A DNA stretch of 62,754 bases, taken from positions 1-62,754 of the forward strand of contig JAUCBJ010005858.1 in NCBI GenBank assembly GCA_032718475.1, given 5' to 3'. This DNA comes from Nemertoderma westbladi (Eukaryota; Animalia; Xenacoelomorpha). Position 1 is the stretch's first letter, and every line of letters starts with the position of its first letter. Below are positions 37,901 to 49,900 of the stretch, in pieces. The notes beneath the pieces are model-generated. The model searched no databases, had not been told where the DNA came from, and saw only the letters and a program-made list of their open reading frames with translations. A program made the translations under genes and the position numbers.

Positions 37901-40900
37901 TGATCTTCTCCTTTAGAAACCTGTCGGATATCTTGTATTTGGGGAGATCTTTAACAACATGGACTCGTGCAGATGTTGATGGAGCATCATCACTATGGGT
38001 CTTTGTTCCGGAGTAACGATGATGAAAACATCGTTTCAAATAGGTAACAGCTTTACAGAGCCGATTCCAGGAACTGTAGTGACGTATCGCTCTCTGCAAG
38101 AGAGGTGAGAGTCCTTGCGCGATATCTGGTATTCCAGATTTCCAATCCTTGTCACGGATTTCCAAGACTTCTTTAGTCGTGGCGGTGGGTGTCTGATCAT
38201 AAGCATCCTCTCCGGAAGTAAATAATACAGATAGATCAACCGCAGGTTTAAACAACTTCGATTTACTCGCTCGAGTTTTGGGTTTAACTTTCTCTGCTCC
38301 CTTGGCCTGTCTGATCTCTGCTGTTGTGAGATGGGGAGGCCATTCTTCTTCTTCCCTGTAGAGAAAGTCGGGTCCTCCTAACCATTCGGGAGTATTTACC
38401 AATTCCTTTGGAGTCGCTCCTCGGGACGCGATGTCTGCTGGATTAATCGTTCCGGGGCAATGTCTCCATTGGTCCATCGTCGTGCGACTAAGTATGATGG
38501 CTACCCTGTTGGTAACGAAGACGCTGAACTGACAGACTTCATTGGTTATATACTCTAACACGAGTAAAGCGTCGGTCCAATAGACAGTTTTCTCTAATGT
38601 ATAGTCAATCTGTTCGGTTACATTCCGGCCGATGGCTGTAGCGTATAGAGCCGCTTTTAACTCCGCTCGAGGAACTTTCAACTTGTTGTTGATTAATGCC
38701 TTAGAAGTAACCAAGGCGACTTTGATTCCATCCGGAGTTTCCACTCTTAGGTAGGCTACTATACCGATTCCCATATCGCTGGCGTCTCCAAACACATGGA
38801 GTTGATAGGAATACGTAGGGAGAACATGACCAAAATATGAACGGGAAATTATAAAATCCTCGATGGCCGGTAGAGAATCTTCCCATTTCATCCACTTCTT
38901 CAATAATTCTCCCTTAAGTGGATCGTCCCATGAGTGGTTTTCAAGCCACATTTGTTGTACCAAACTTCGAGCAATCAATATAACTGGGCTAATAAATCCC
39001 AATGGATCGAAATAAGTGCTCAGTATACTTAAGCAAATCCGTTTGGTTCGAACTGGATTATCTCGCTGTTTTAGCTGGAAAAACAGGATATCTCGCTCTG
39101 TGTCCCATTTCAAGCCGAGTGTCTTGGTTTCTGGCAGATCATCTTTGATCAAATCGAGATCTTTCGCTCCTCGATCCTCCGCAGGGATCGACTCCAGAAA
39201 CTCACGGGAGTTGCTGGTGAATTTGGTTAATCGAAATCCACCTCTTTTTAAGCACTCTACCGTTCCCTTAGCGACCTCAATGGCTTCCTCAACTGATGGG
39301 AGGGACTTCAGATTGTCGTCCATATATATGTCTCTCTTGATGTTGTCGATCACTTCCTTAGAGAATGCCTCTCGGTTGTCCTCTGCAGTAGTACGCACTA
39401 CCGAACATGCGTTGGAAGGGCTTGAGATTATCCCAAAGGCCTGGATGGTCATCCAGTACTCCACCGGTTTCTGGTTGAGATCTCCTTCGGGCCACCACAG
39501 AAATCGTAGACTATCTCGATCCCTATCTAACACCTTGACTTGTAAGAACATGCCTTCTATATCGGAGGCGAAAGCAATCGAATATTGTCTCAATCTTAAA
39601 AGAATTCCCAACAAAGATTGAAGCAAGTTGGGTCCGGGTAACAATTCAGAGTTAAGGGATTGACCCATGTAAAGAGCGGAGCCATCAAACACTACTCTCA
39701 CTTCATTTGGTTTACCGGGTTTAGGAACGTAATGGTGAGTTAAATAATACGTTCTTTCAGTCACAGGTGTTTCTTCCGGTACCCTCTCCGCGTATCCCTT
39801 ATTAATAAATTTTTCCAGCTGTGTTTGATACATTGCTTTAGCTGAAGAATTAGCCGTAAGGCGTCGATGGAGTTGCGCGATTCTTTTTTCCGCCAAAGGT
39901 TTGTTATTGATGAACTTCGGTTCTCTCTTGCGAAAAGGTAAACCGACTTCATACCTACCTTGATCTTTGATGAAACGTGTAGTCGTCTCTTGGATCTGCT
40001 TGGCCCTTTCCTCTTCCACTGATAAAGCCTTATCGTAGGAATTGGGCTCTACCGCCTCTTGCGTAAAGAATCGTACAGCATGTTCATCTCGAGTCTTGGC
40101 ATTGCAACGCTCAATGACGTCATTTAACTCGTCGTTGTAAGCTTCTCGTTCAGATGGATAGAGAAGTTGACATAAGTTCACTTGGTTTTGCCAAGCCTCA
40201 TTTTCCTTAATGAGATCGATGGTATTCTCCTCATCAAAAAGCTGGTGAACGTCGTCATTATCTGAGGAGTATGGAATTCCCTCAGTTGAGTTGTCTCCCT
40301 CACTGGTATCATCTTCCCATTCACTCACCTGGCATACGCTCTCTGGCGGTAGTCTTTCTCTGAGTGTTCTACGGGAAGGGCCAGTAAAGTACCAACCTAC
40401 TCTAGTTCTCACCGCATAGGTCTGTAGGGGCTGCGGTTGAGCAGGCCGTTTCTCTAACGTCTCCAGCGCCTCATGCGCGTTTTGGCCGATGAGTATTTGC
40501 ACTCCAGGATAATCAGTCTGGAATCGAGGTATGTTAAGATGTTGGATGCTCTCATCCTCGTCCCAATTATAAAGGTCTGCTTGAGTAGTAGCGAAGTTCT
40601 TTATAGCCACCATTTTCACTGACCTTATGCTGTGTTCTCCTAGTTCGTCCTGGGGGGTGGACAACGCTCCTACATAATAATCCGCTGTAATTGTAGATTT
40701 CCAAACTTGCATAATGCCGGACATGTTGAGCTTAGTTTGGAACTTGAGTTGTCCAGCAAATATATCTTCGGCTAGCTCTTTATCGATGAATGTTCATGTG
40801 CTGCCGGAGTCCAGGAGGGCGTTCACTACATAACTCCGTTTAGGTCCATGAACCCTTACCTGTACCACAGGAAACTCTCGGATCCCTACATTGGAAGATG

Positions 40901-43900
40901 GCTCTTTCCAAGATGGTTGTCGTTCGGAAGTAGTTAGAGTGAAGTCGTTGTCTGTATCCTTTTCATAGGTGAGTGCTCGATACACTGCGGTATTTATCAT
41001 ATAACAGGATTCGTTTTCGTCGGAGAACTCGTCTGTATAGAATCCTTCCATCTCAGATTGATCAGTGTCGTTCACATCACTGAATTGGACATGTAGCTCG
41101 GAATCACTTACCTGATTCGGACTATTTCGATCGAATTCAGCGTGCAACAAGATATGATGTTTCGCACCACACTTTGCACACCTTATGTCAGAGAAACAGG
41201 TTCGCCGTTGGTGTCCTTGTCTGAGGCAATTATAACATAACCGCTTATCCCACATGACTTCGCGTCTCTCCGTTAATGATTTCTTTAGAAATTCATCACA
41301 CCTATTCAAATGGTGGGTCCCGTCACACAGCGCACATTTTGGTTTGATGTTACTTACCTTATTCTGAGTTACATTGTGTACACTTGCCCTTTCTTCGGGC
41401 TTTCTCACCTGAATTCTCTTGGGAGACGTGGGAGGAGTTTTTCTTACCTGTTCTCTCCTGTCATTTGCTCGAGACTTGAATTTACTTACCTGATCTTTAG
41501 GCATTTTATTGACATAATAAGATCTATCAGTGTCTTTCCCGCTATCTTCTCCTTGAGAAGTCTGGCTTTCGCCGTCGTCTGTATAACACACTGGTGTTAC
41601 CTTTTTCCTAGAGACGGGTTTTTCACTTACCTTGTTTTCCGGTGTCTTCTCTCGGGACTGCTTGAGGAGTTGCAATTTCACTTCTCCATCCAAGAATGAC
41701 ATGAGATCAGCCATGGTAGGGTCTCGTCGTTGTTGTTCCATCATATATAGTACTTTCTTATCCCAGCGTGTGCCTACTCCACCTTTCGGTAAAGTAGAAG
41801 CCACAGCTCCAATGACCATAGAACTTTGGTATTCATGAGACTTACCTAACCAATCTAATTGTCTACAGATCTCTTGAATCTCATCGGAAAACTCTATTAT
41901 CCCACTGCTGATGAACTTTCTGGGCGCTACTAATTTTGCATATAAATACTTAGCGATATTATTCCTATTACCATACCTGATGTTTAGTGTGTCCCAAACT
42001 TGTCTTAATCCGTCTGGATGTCCAATAAACTTTAACGCCATTAACTTGGGAGATCCTTCCAAGCACTCGATGAGGTATCTAAGTTTTTCTCCATTAGATA
42101 GTACAGAGTTCTGTATGTTATCTTTGTAATATTCATTAAAAGGTAACCATTTCATCTCATCTCCATTGAATTTGACTATCTCTCCCACCTTCACCGCTTG
42201 CCGGGCTTCGGTTCTAGCCATTTGACGCGTAAAACTTTCTTGGGCCATCGTGTTATTTAATATCGAGTTATCGGTATATAAATTTCTCGGATTATGATCA
42301 GGTCTATAGGGAATGTCATTATCAACAGGTCTATAATTACCCTTAATAGGGTTCACTATAGGAGTTTCTACTTCGCTAGCAGTATATATGCGTGTAGGCT
42401 CCACACCTTGCGCATGCGATACTTCAGACCTAACAGGTTGACACATTGTTACAGAGGGTGGTGGTATACCCTTTTGGGTATTTACTAATTTATCGCGTTC
42501 AAGCGCGATACTTTGCTGCACTTCTTGCAACTCTAGCCTACTTTCCCTTACTGTGCCCTTGAATTGCTGGACAGTCTCCTGCATCTGCCCGAGCAGGATA
42601 TCCATCCCCCGCCGTCTCTCGTCCACCCATTCGACCGCCGAAGCGGGAGTCGCCAACGTTGTAGCGGGCGGACGAGGGACAACGGGCGACAAATTGTGAA
42701 TATTTCGCTCGGGGTCCAGGACCTGAACTGTCTCCTGGGCAGTTCTGCGGGGCACAGGTAGCTTAGTGCTATGCAGAGGGAATTTAGAGGTAGTTTCAGG
42801 GAGCACAGGTGTGTCTATCACCGAAGGGGTGATTTCAAGAACAGGCCTAATTATTTCAGGCTCATCTACTATCGTAGGGAGTCTTTCTATTTTAATTATT
42901 TGGTCTGTGGGCTCTGTACTACCTAAGTTGGTGTTATTTAGTTGCCTTCTAACAGCTGGAGGCAAATCAGGCAATTTCTGACGGTGGAATGTTCTTTTAC
43001 GTCTACTTAGACGAGATCTATTTCCCTTGCCTTCCGTATCGGTGGTATCGCCTTCCTCAGATGATGTATATCCCTGTCTTTTGGGAGTAGATCGATTCAT
43101 CATCTGCATATTACTAGCTGTTAACTGTTTATTTATGCAGTCTTGATTCTCCTGAATGTTTTCCAATTCTAATTGGGTGGTTTCTTCAGCCGCTCTCCGT
43201 TCTGCTTCTACCACTGCCGCTGCCACTTTTGCCTCTGCCGCTGCCTCTGCCGCTGCCGCTTTTCTTTCTGCTTCTGCAGCTGCCACTGCTGCTGCTACTG
43301 CCGCTGCCTTTCTGTCTTCTATACGTTTTTTCTTTACTTGTTCTTCTTGGACTCTGGTGATGCGGAGTTGTTCATCAAATTTAGCCTGGTTCGCAGCCCT
43401 CATTTCCACATCGATGGCATCCAACACAAGCTTGGTTCCTTCACTATTAGGGCTAAGTCCCTCTAACCTTCTCCTCAACTCGTCATCACCTAAAAAACGT
43501 TGATAGTCTGACAGATAGATGTCAATGGCATCCCTCTTATGCGGTTTCTCTGCCGTCGCTTCACTTTCCACTTGGGAAAAAGTAGCGTCTGTTGATTCTC
43601 CATGGGTTGAGCGCTCCTCTAGCTGAGCTTTCCACTGAGCTGTTCCTTGAACCTGGAGACTCACCCTTTGAAACCAAGTCTTTACGGCAACTTGCAACGA
43701 CGTGTCTTGCCTTCGTTTAGAAGCCTCCTCAAAGGCCGATAATATTAGCCTGATTCGTAGAACTCTTTCTCTAACTTGATAAAGCAGCAATCCCTGCTCT
43801 TGAGGTCCTTGAGGTTGTTGAAACAGTTGTTCTTTTAATCGCTCTATAGAGCTGAAGAATCCCTGTGCGTATCCGGCTGCGGACCTCTTCCACACAGCTG

Positions 43901-46900
43901 GATCGATGGTTTCCTTGGCTACTCCCATCCGGTGTATGTCTTCCCAGGCAGCTTCTGATAAATCAAACGGGAGTCCGGGTCCGGGGAAGTTCCATTGCGA
44001 CTCTACCATGGACTTCAGTTCTTCCCTTGTGTATCCAGCATAACTATCTCTAGTTGAACGCTGGCTTCTCGCCCAATCGATCTGGTGTTCTTCCACAGCG
44101 ATCAATAACCTAGTGAGTACGGCTGCAGGAAGGTTGAGAAGGGGATCTGAATAAGCCTCATCCATCATCCTTGCTCCGCGTTCGGGTGTCAGTTCTACCG
44201 TATCTTCACTACTGGAGCTGTCGGGCTGCTGAGAAATAAGTTCTTGGCTCACGGGTTGTTGCTGCTCCGCTGCTTCTTGGTCCCGCTTGACCTGGGCTCG
44301 AGTGCCTATGATAGACCTACGATGCTGGACCAGCCTAGGTTCTGTTATTACTACTGGAGGGATGACTTTCCTCACAGTGGGAGGTGAACTGAACTTACGA
44401 CCAGACGGTTCTACGTCTCTATCTGAGTCGCAGATAGTTACATCTAATATACTGTCTGACAGGTTCTGCTTAGTATCAGACATGTTTAGGTATACAGTTG
44501 AATGTCTACTGCTGTATTACAGTCTGAGCAAGTCTAGTAACTCAGTATTAACTGCTAGCCTAGTAATTAATTACCGATACTGCTACTCAGTGTAGTAGGA
44601 TATATATATAATATATTAGAACACCGGTATGCTTATGGTATATATAACTATATAAGTATTATTACAGACTAGGTTTATCACAGAATACCGGTATAATTTT
44701 AGCACAAATATATATAAATATATAATAGGCCTATCGGGAATACCGGTATACAGTTTACAGTTTGTAGTATATATAATTCTGGACTAGAATTAATTATAAG
44801 TACCGGTATAATTTCAGCCTAAATTTATAGAAATAAAGATAATAGGCCTATCGTAAATACCGGTATATCAATTATTTTAAATAATTGAATTTCTGTATTT
44901 TAGGGTTACTTGGTTACTTTACTTACTTTACTACCGTTATTTGAGCAGTAATCCAACTGATATTGAGACCTAATGGTTGTATGGTAGGCCTACTATTTAT
45001 AAATCGTTAGATTTGATTTATAATATATATATACCCGTTTTAATGGGTTTTGTCAATGTTTGAAATAAATGTTATTATTTCTGGGGGTAATCACTACACA
45101 AAGCGGTACGCTTTCAGTGAAGTGTTACGTACAGGACACTAAAACAAATAATTCTAATTTACCTAAGTTACTTAATACTACAAATTACGTACAATTCGGG
45201 TGAGATTACAATCTCTAAATAAACACAAAAATTTACAAAAAAACACAAAATACGAATTTTTAGGGTAATTTTACAAGAAGTCTACTAACCAGCCTAACAA
45301 AGGGTTAGAAATCTGGTTATTACAACGGACAGGGTACTACGGTATTTGAAATAATAAGTAGTAGTAAATACACTGCGTTGTCCAGATAGGAAAATACCAC
45401 CGCCTGACGACCTATAGCCGTATCGCTATAGGTTCTACGTTACGTATCACGGAGTGTTCCTACCTAGAAGTTAATAGAGCTAATCGAACGTGCCTATCAA
45501 CCACTTTACAACACAAATATAATGCCTACTAATTACTTTCGGAAAGCACTGTACACTAAACCCTAAATTAGGTACGAGTACTTGTATAACATATAATCTG
45601 TAGTTAAATATATACTTGAACAGCTAAAAGAACCACGGCATCTGCTGGAGTGACCGATGCACAAAATCACCAGTCTTTACCTACGCCAAACAGCCCGTGT
45701 AGTACCGGGGTTAATTTAACTATAGCGGTATGTATAACAAACACAATTACTGTAGGAACAAACTTGGGGAATGAATGTTGCGGATAGTCGCATAAACTCT
45801 GAATAATAAATATTACGCTACGCGTACAAACTACTCAAACAAAATGCAGACTGAACACTGACGGACTACTATCAAGCCTAAACAAACTACAGGACATGCA
45901 GACTCCGAAATGATTAGGGAGTATGCGCTCTAACCCAGTAGTGCGACTTATTCTTTAGTTGGGGGTTTACCTTACAGCGTTCGCTGCCCCTACTTCCTAA
46001 CCGTACTTAATCGGACAAGTGATCTACACACGCTGCAATCCGCTCAGGCCTAATAACAGCCAGACAACTATCCAGCCTACAAATTATCTAAATAAATATT
46101 ATACGCTACCCGTACAGACTTACACAAACAAAGTACAGACTAAACGATGGCAGACTACTCTCAAGCCTAAATAAACTACAGGACATGCAGACTCCGAAAT
46201 GATTAGGGAGTATGCGTTCTAACCCAGTAGTACGACTTATTCTTTAGTTGGGGGTTTACCTTACAGCATTCGCTGCCCCTACTTCCTAACCGTACTTAAT
46301 CGGACAGGTGATCTACACACACTGCAATCCGTTCGGACCTAACAGCAATCAGACAACAGCTCAGCCTACAAATCGTCTGTACAATCTGATCAGGTTTACA
46401 CGCCTTCTGTTCAATACTAGCCTACAAACAAATAAAACTGACAGAAATAAGTAAGCTCCAAAAGAAACAAGGGGTGTACAGTCCCTAATCTCTTAAACAG
46501 CCTACCGGTATACAACAATCAAATCGAATAATACTAATGTACTTATACTGGAAGTACCGGTTAGGACAGTTGGGCCTACGGACCTACAGAAGTACCGGTT
46601 CTGGCAGTTGGACCTACGGGCCTACAGCAGTACCGGTTCTGGCAGTTGGGCCTACTGACCTACAGATGTACCGTTCAGGTTTACCGGTTGACCGGTACTT
46701 TCAACTTTATTGCTTACTGCAATAAAGAAGCTATATCCTTTAATGTTCGCGCTTTCAGACCTTTGGCAGTTTAACCCACCAAATTAAGATGTCTTCTAGA
46801 TATTAAATCGGTTTTTAGTCTATGACAAGTATTTGATTCACTACACTAGTCGAAACCAATCTGTGCGCGATCATTCACCCGCTGGATATTCCCGGGAGAT

Positions 46901-49900
46901 TGGGTTCGACGGTTTAATTTTATTGCTATGTAAGCCTAATGTATTATTCGACTGACAGTATTATATAATCTCTGACAATATTATTCACCTTCGGGAATAT
47001 TAACAGTTCCTTTAGGACGTGGCGCTTTATCTATATAAACAGAGTTATGACTTAAACTACTCACAACGATATGGCTCAATTATAATTCACATATATGGCG
47101 CATTCTTTAGGAATTGCTTCTTTAACAGACTCACTCATACACAATGCTGCACAATACTGCACACTAATCTGCCAATCTTCATTGATTTTAGTCACATATA
47201 AAAGGAACACAGACTGACTCATGTAGGGTCTATCAAATAACATTAGATTCACTTCAAACCACTTTAACATAAGTCACAATCGTTTATCTGTAACCCTTCT
47301 CTCTTACCTTCGGTATATCAAGAATATTGGGTTTCGGGGTTATTTATCGTTATTCCAAATATAATAATTCATCAACCATATTATGAAGAACTGACAGTAA
47401 ATAGCAGTATAAAACAACAACTGAACACTGATTGTTATGAGTTTGCAATGTTTCAGCAGTCAGTATGTATGATCAGTTAGCAGCGATTAAAAGCCAGGTT
47501 AAAGGATATATGTCCTTATAATTAAACCTACTAGTGTAAGACTAAAAACTGAAAACACGGAGGTGCCAAAAGCCGGTTCTTAGGCTCTGGGCAAAAACAT
47601 AACACTGAACTACTGAGTTTCTGTATATACCTCCAACACAGAGACAACAAACGCTCTGATTGGTCAACCTGAACAACGAGAGAACAAAGAAACAAAGAAA
47701 CGTCGACGTGGCAATATCAGCTGCTAGCCGTCGTCATGGTAGCGACACTGTTTTCAAGAGTATCGAGCTTTTACGTCACGGAATTACGGATTATGTCCTC
47801 TAAAGTACAAATACAGAAGAAATAGCTTTTATGTCCGCTAAAACACCAGTACAGCAAGGACACGGCCTTTTTATGCCTGGTAAACCAACTACAGAGTATT
47901 TTAAGGGAAAATAACCGACTAATTACGCAAAAGCTTTTACATCTAGGATTCGACTACTATTCACACAAAAGCAGCGGGCTTTCCAAAGAAACCAAACCAT
48001 AAAATTCAAAAAACTCGAACATCACTGAATTTGGAAATAAATGCAGCCAAATCATCATGATATGGTAAAACAATATGCTTACAGCCCGGGTAGTGGTATC
48101 GCTCTATTGCTAAATTAACCAATACAACGCCTAAACCATTGAACCTGCAAGTGTGTTTGGCTGAAAACAGTGGGCAACACTTTGATAATTAAACCATTGC
48201 TAACTCTGAAATTATTTTTTTGCCGACATTTGCAACCAACTACCCCAACTAGATAGTACTAGACTTCCAGCCTTCCTACCTGATCTCAAACCACCAGTGA
48301 TAAATAGAAAGGAGGTCTATGATATCCTCAAAAAGATCAACAGTTTGTCAATAAATAGAAACAACATAGAATTGAAGAGCTACTCCAACAAGTAGCGAAC
48401 TGCTATAATTATACTATAGCCGTTTTCTAAAAGTCTCTGTGCGTCTCGGAATCCAATATATAACTAGCCATAGTATAATTATAATTGTTCGCTAAGATGG
48501 ATTGCAGCTTTTGCTGCACGAAGACCCCACTCGTGCTCTAAATTGGCTCCTATTGGTGGTGTGGTGTTTTGAATACCCACAATGACCATCCCAGAAAAAA
48601 CGTCCAAGACTATTATCGCTACAACTCATCGTCCCTTTAGAAATTCAAATATTAGATCGTTTGGACAGTGGATCACCCAATACACGTGGGAACTTTTAAC
48701 AATTACTGATCCAGATTCCGCCACAATGCAATTTAATGACATACTAGTCCAGCAGTACCACCAACACTTCCCAGAAGTAAAGATTATGAAAAAGTTAAGC
48801 CTTAGATGACATCTAGGATTCGACTACTATTCACACAAAAGCAGCGGGCTTTCCAAAGAAACCAAACCATAAAATACAAAAAACTCGAACATCACTGAAT
48901 TTGGAAATAAATGCAGCCAAATCATCATGATATGGTAAAACAATATGCTTACAGCCCGGGTAGTGGTATCGCTCTATTAACCAATACAACGCCTAAACCA
49001 TTGAACCTGCAAGTGTGTTTGGCTGAAAACAGTGGGCAACACTTTGATAATTAAACCATTGCTAACTCTGAAATTATTTTTTTGCCGACATTTGCAACCA
49101 ACTACCCCAACTAGATAGTACTAGACTTCCAGCCTTCCTACCTGATCTCAAACCACCAGTGATAAATAGAAAGGAGGTCTATGATATCCTCAAAAAGATC
49201 AACGTAAAAAAGGCAAATACCACCTTGCGATATACCAAACTGTCTAATAAAATATTTTACATATGAGATTAGTGTACAACCCATATATTAACAATATATC
49301 TATTCAGACTGGCATTTTTCCATCACTATGGAAGGAAAGTTATGCTACACCTGTTCCGAAAATTAAACCCCCAAGTTGTTTGATCAACTCAGATCAATAT
49401 CATTCACTAAAACTTTCTCACAGGCATTTATTTGCACACCTGGTAGTAAAATGGATAATTCAAGATATAAAAGACAACGACGACAAACGCCAATTCGGTA
49501 ACATGAAACACAGGTCCACGTCGGTGCACTTGATCATTCTTCTGGACGATATACTGAAAGCTCTTGAGACACCAGGCACCATAGTAAATATAATGACATA
49601 TGACTTCTCCCAGGCTTTGGCCTGCATAGATCACACAATGACTAATAACAAACTACTCGACATGGGTCTACGTCCAGGGCGTACTCTAAGTTCAGGAGTT
49701 ACCCAAGGGACTATCGTAAGTTTACTATGTTTCCTGGCCCAGATAAACGACGCTATGGAGCAAATTAAAGAACGCCTTAAGTTTATAGACGACTTGTCAG
49801 TGTAGAGATTTTACAAATTGATCAGCTATTTGACTCAAATATACAATACTGCACGGACATTCTCATAGAATGGGCAAACGCTAGTAACATGAAACTCAAT

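Larger units (their letters stand above)
32184..47941 (-). mobile_element. Full-length BEL/Pao LTR retrotransposon, 15,758 bp, antisense in SESTD1 intron 12
   Basis: Two 1198-bp TG...CA LTRs. 5-bp TSD TCTAG at 32179-32183 and 47942-47946. Gag-PR-RT-RNaseH-IN order with Pao-type motifs. Confidence 0.96.
31761..48341 (+). mobile_element. Copy 1 of an ~810-bp duplicated CR1/L2-type LINE segment (31761-32183 + 47947-48341), split by the BEL element
   Basis: Nearly identical to 48394-49203; I noticed one 8-bp indel and one substitution. ORFs 31949-32176 and 48582-48809 are identical. Confidence 0.9.

Noticed and set aside
5905-40796. UGA reassigned to Trp, suggested by two in-frame TGAs
   Set aside because: TGA ends eIF4E2 (NVYIR*), TMEM38 (KKVTKSD*), ANKS3 and GCNT at plausible C-termini, and Trp is otherwise TGG in all long ORFs.
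37222-44595. Plus-strand ORFs antisense to gag-pol, and similar shadows over GCNT, ARH, ANKS3 and eIF4E2
   Set aside because: Expected antisense shadows of long coding frames, with no recognisable domains.
32459-47270. Duplicated small ORFs (60 and 64 aa) as genes
   Set aside because: Chance frames within the two near-identical LTRs.
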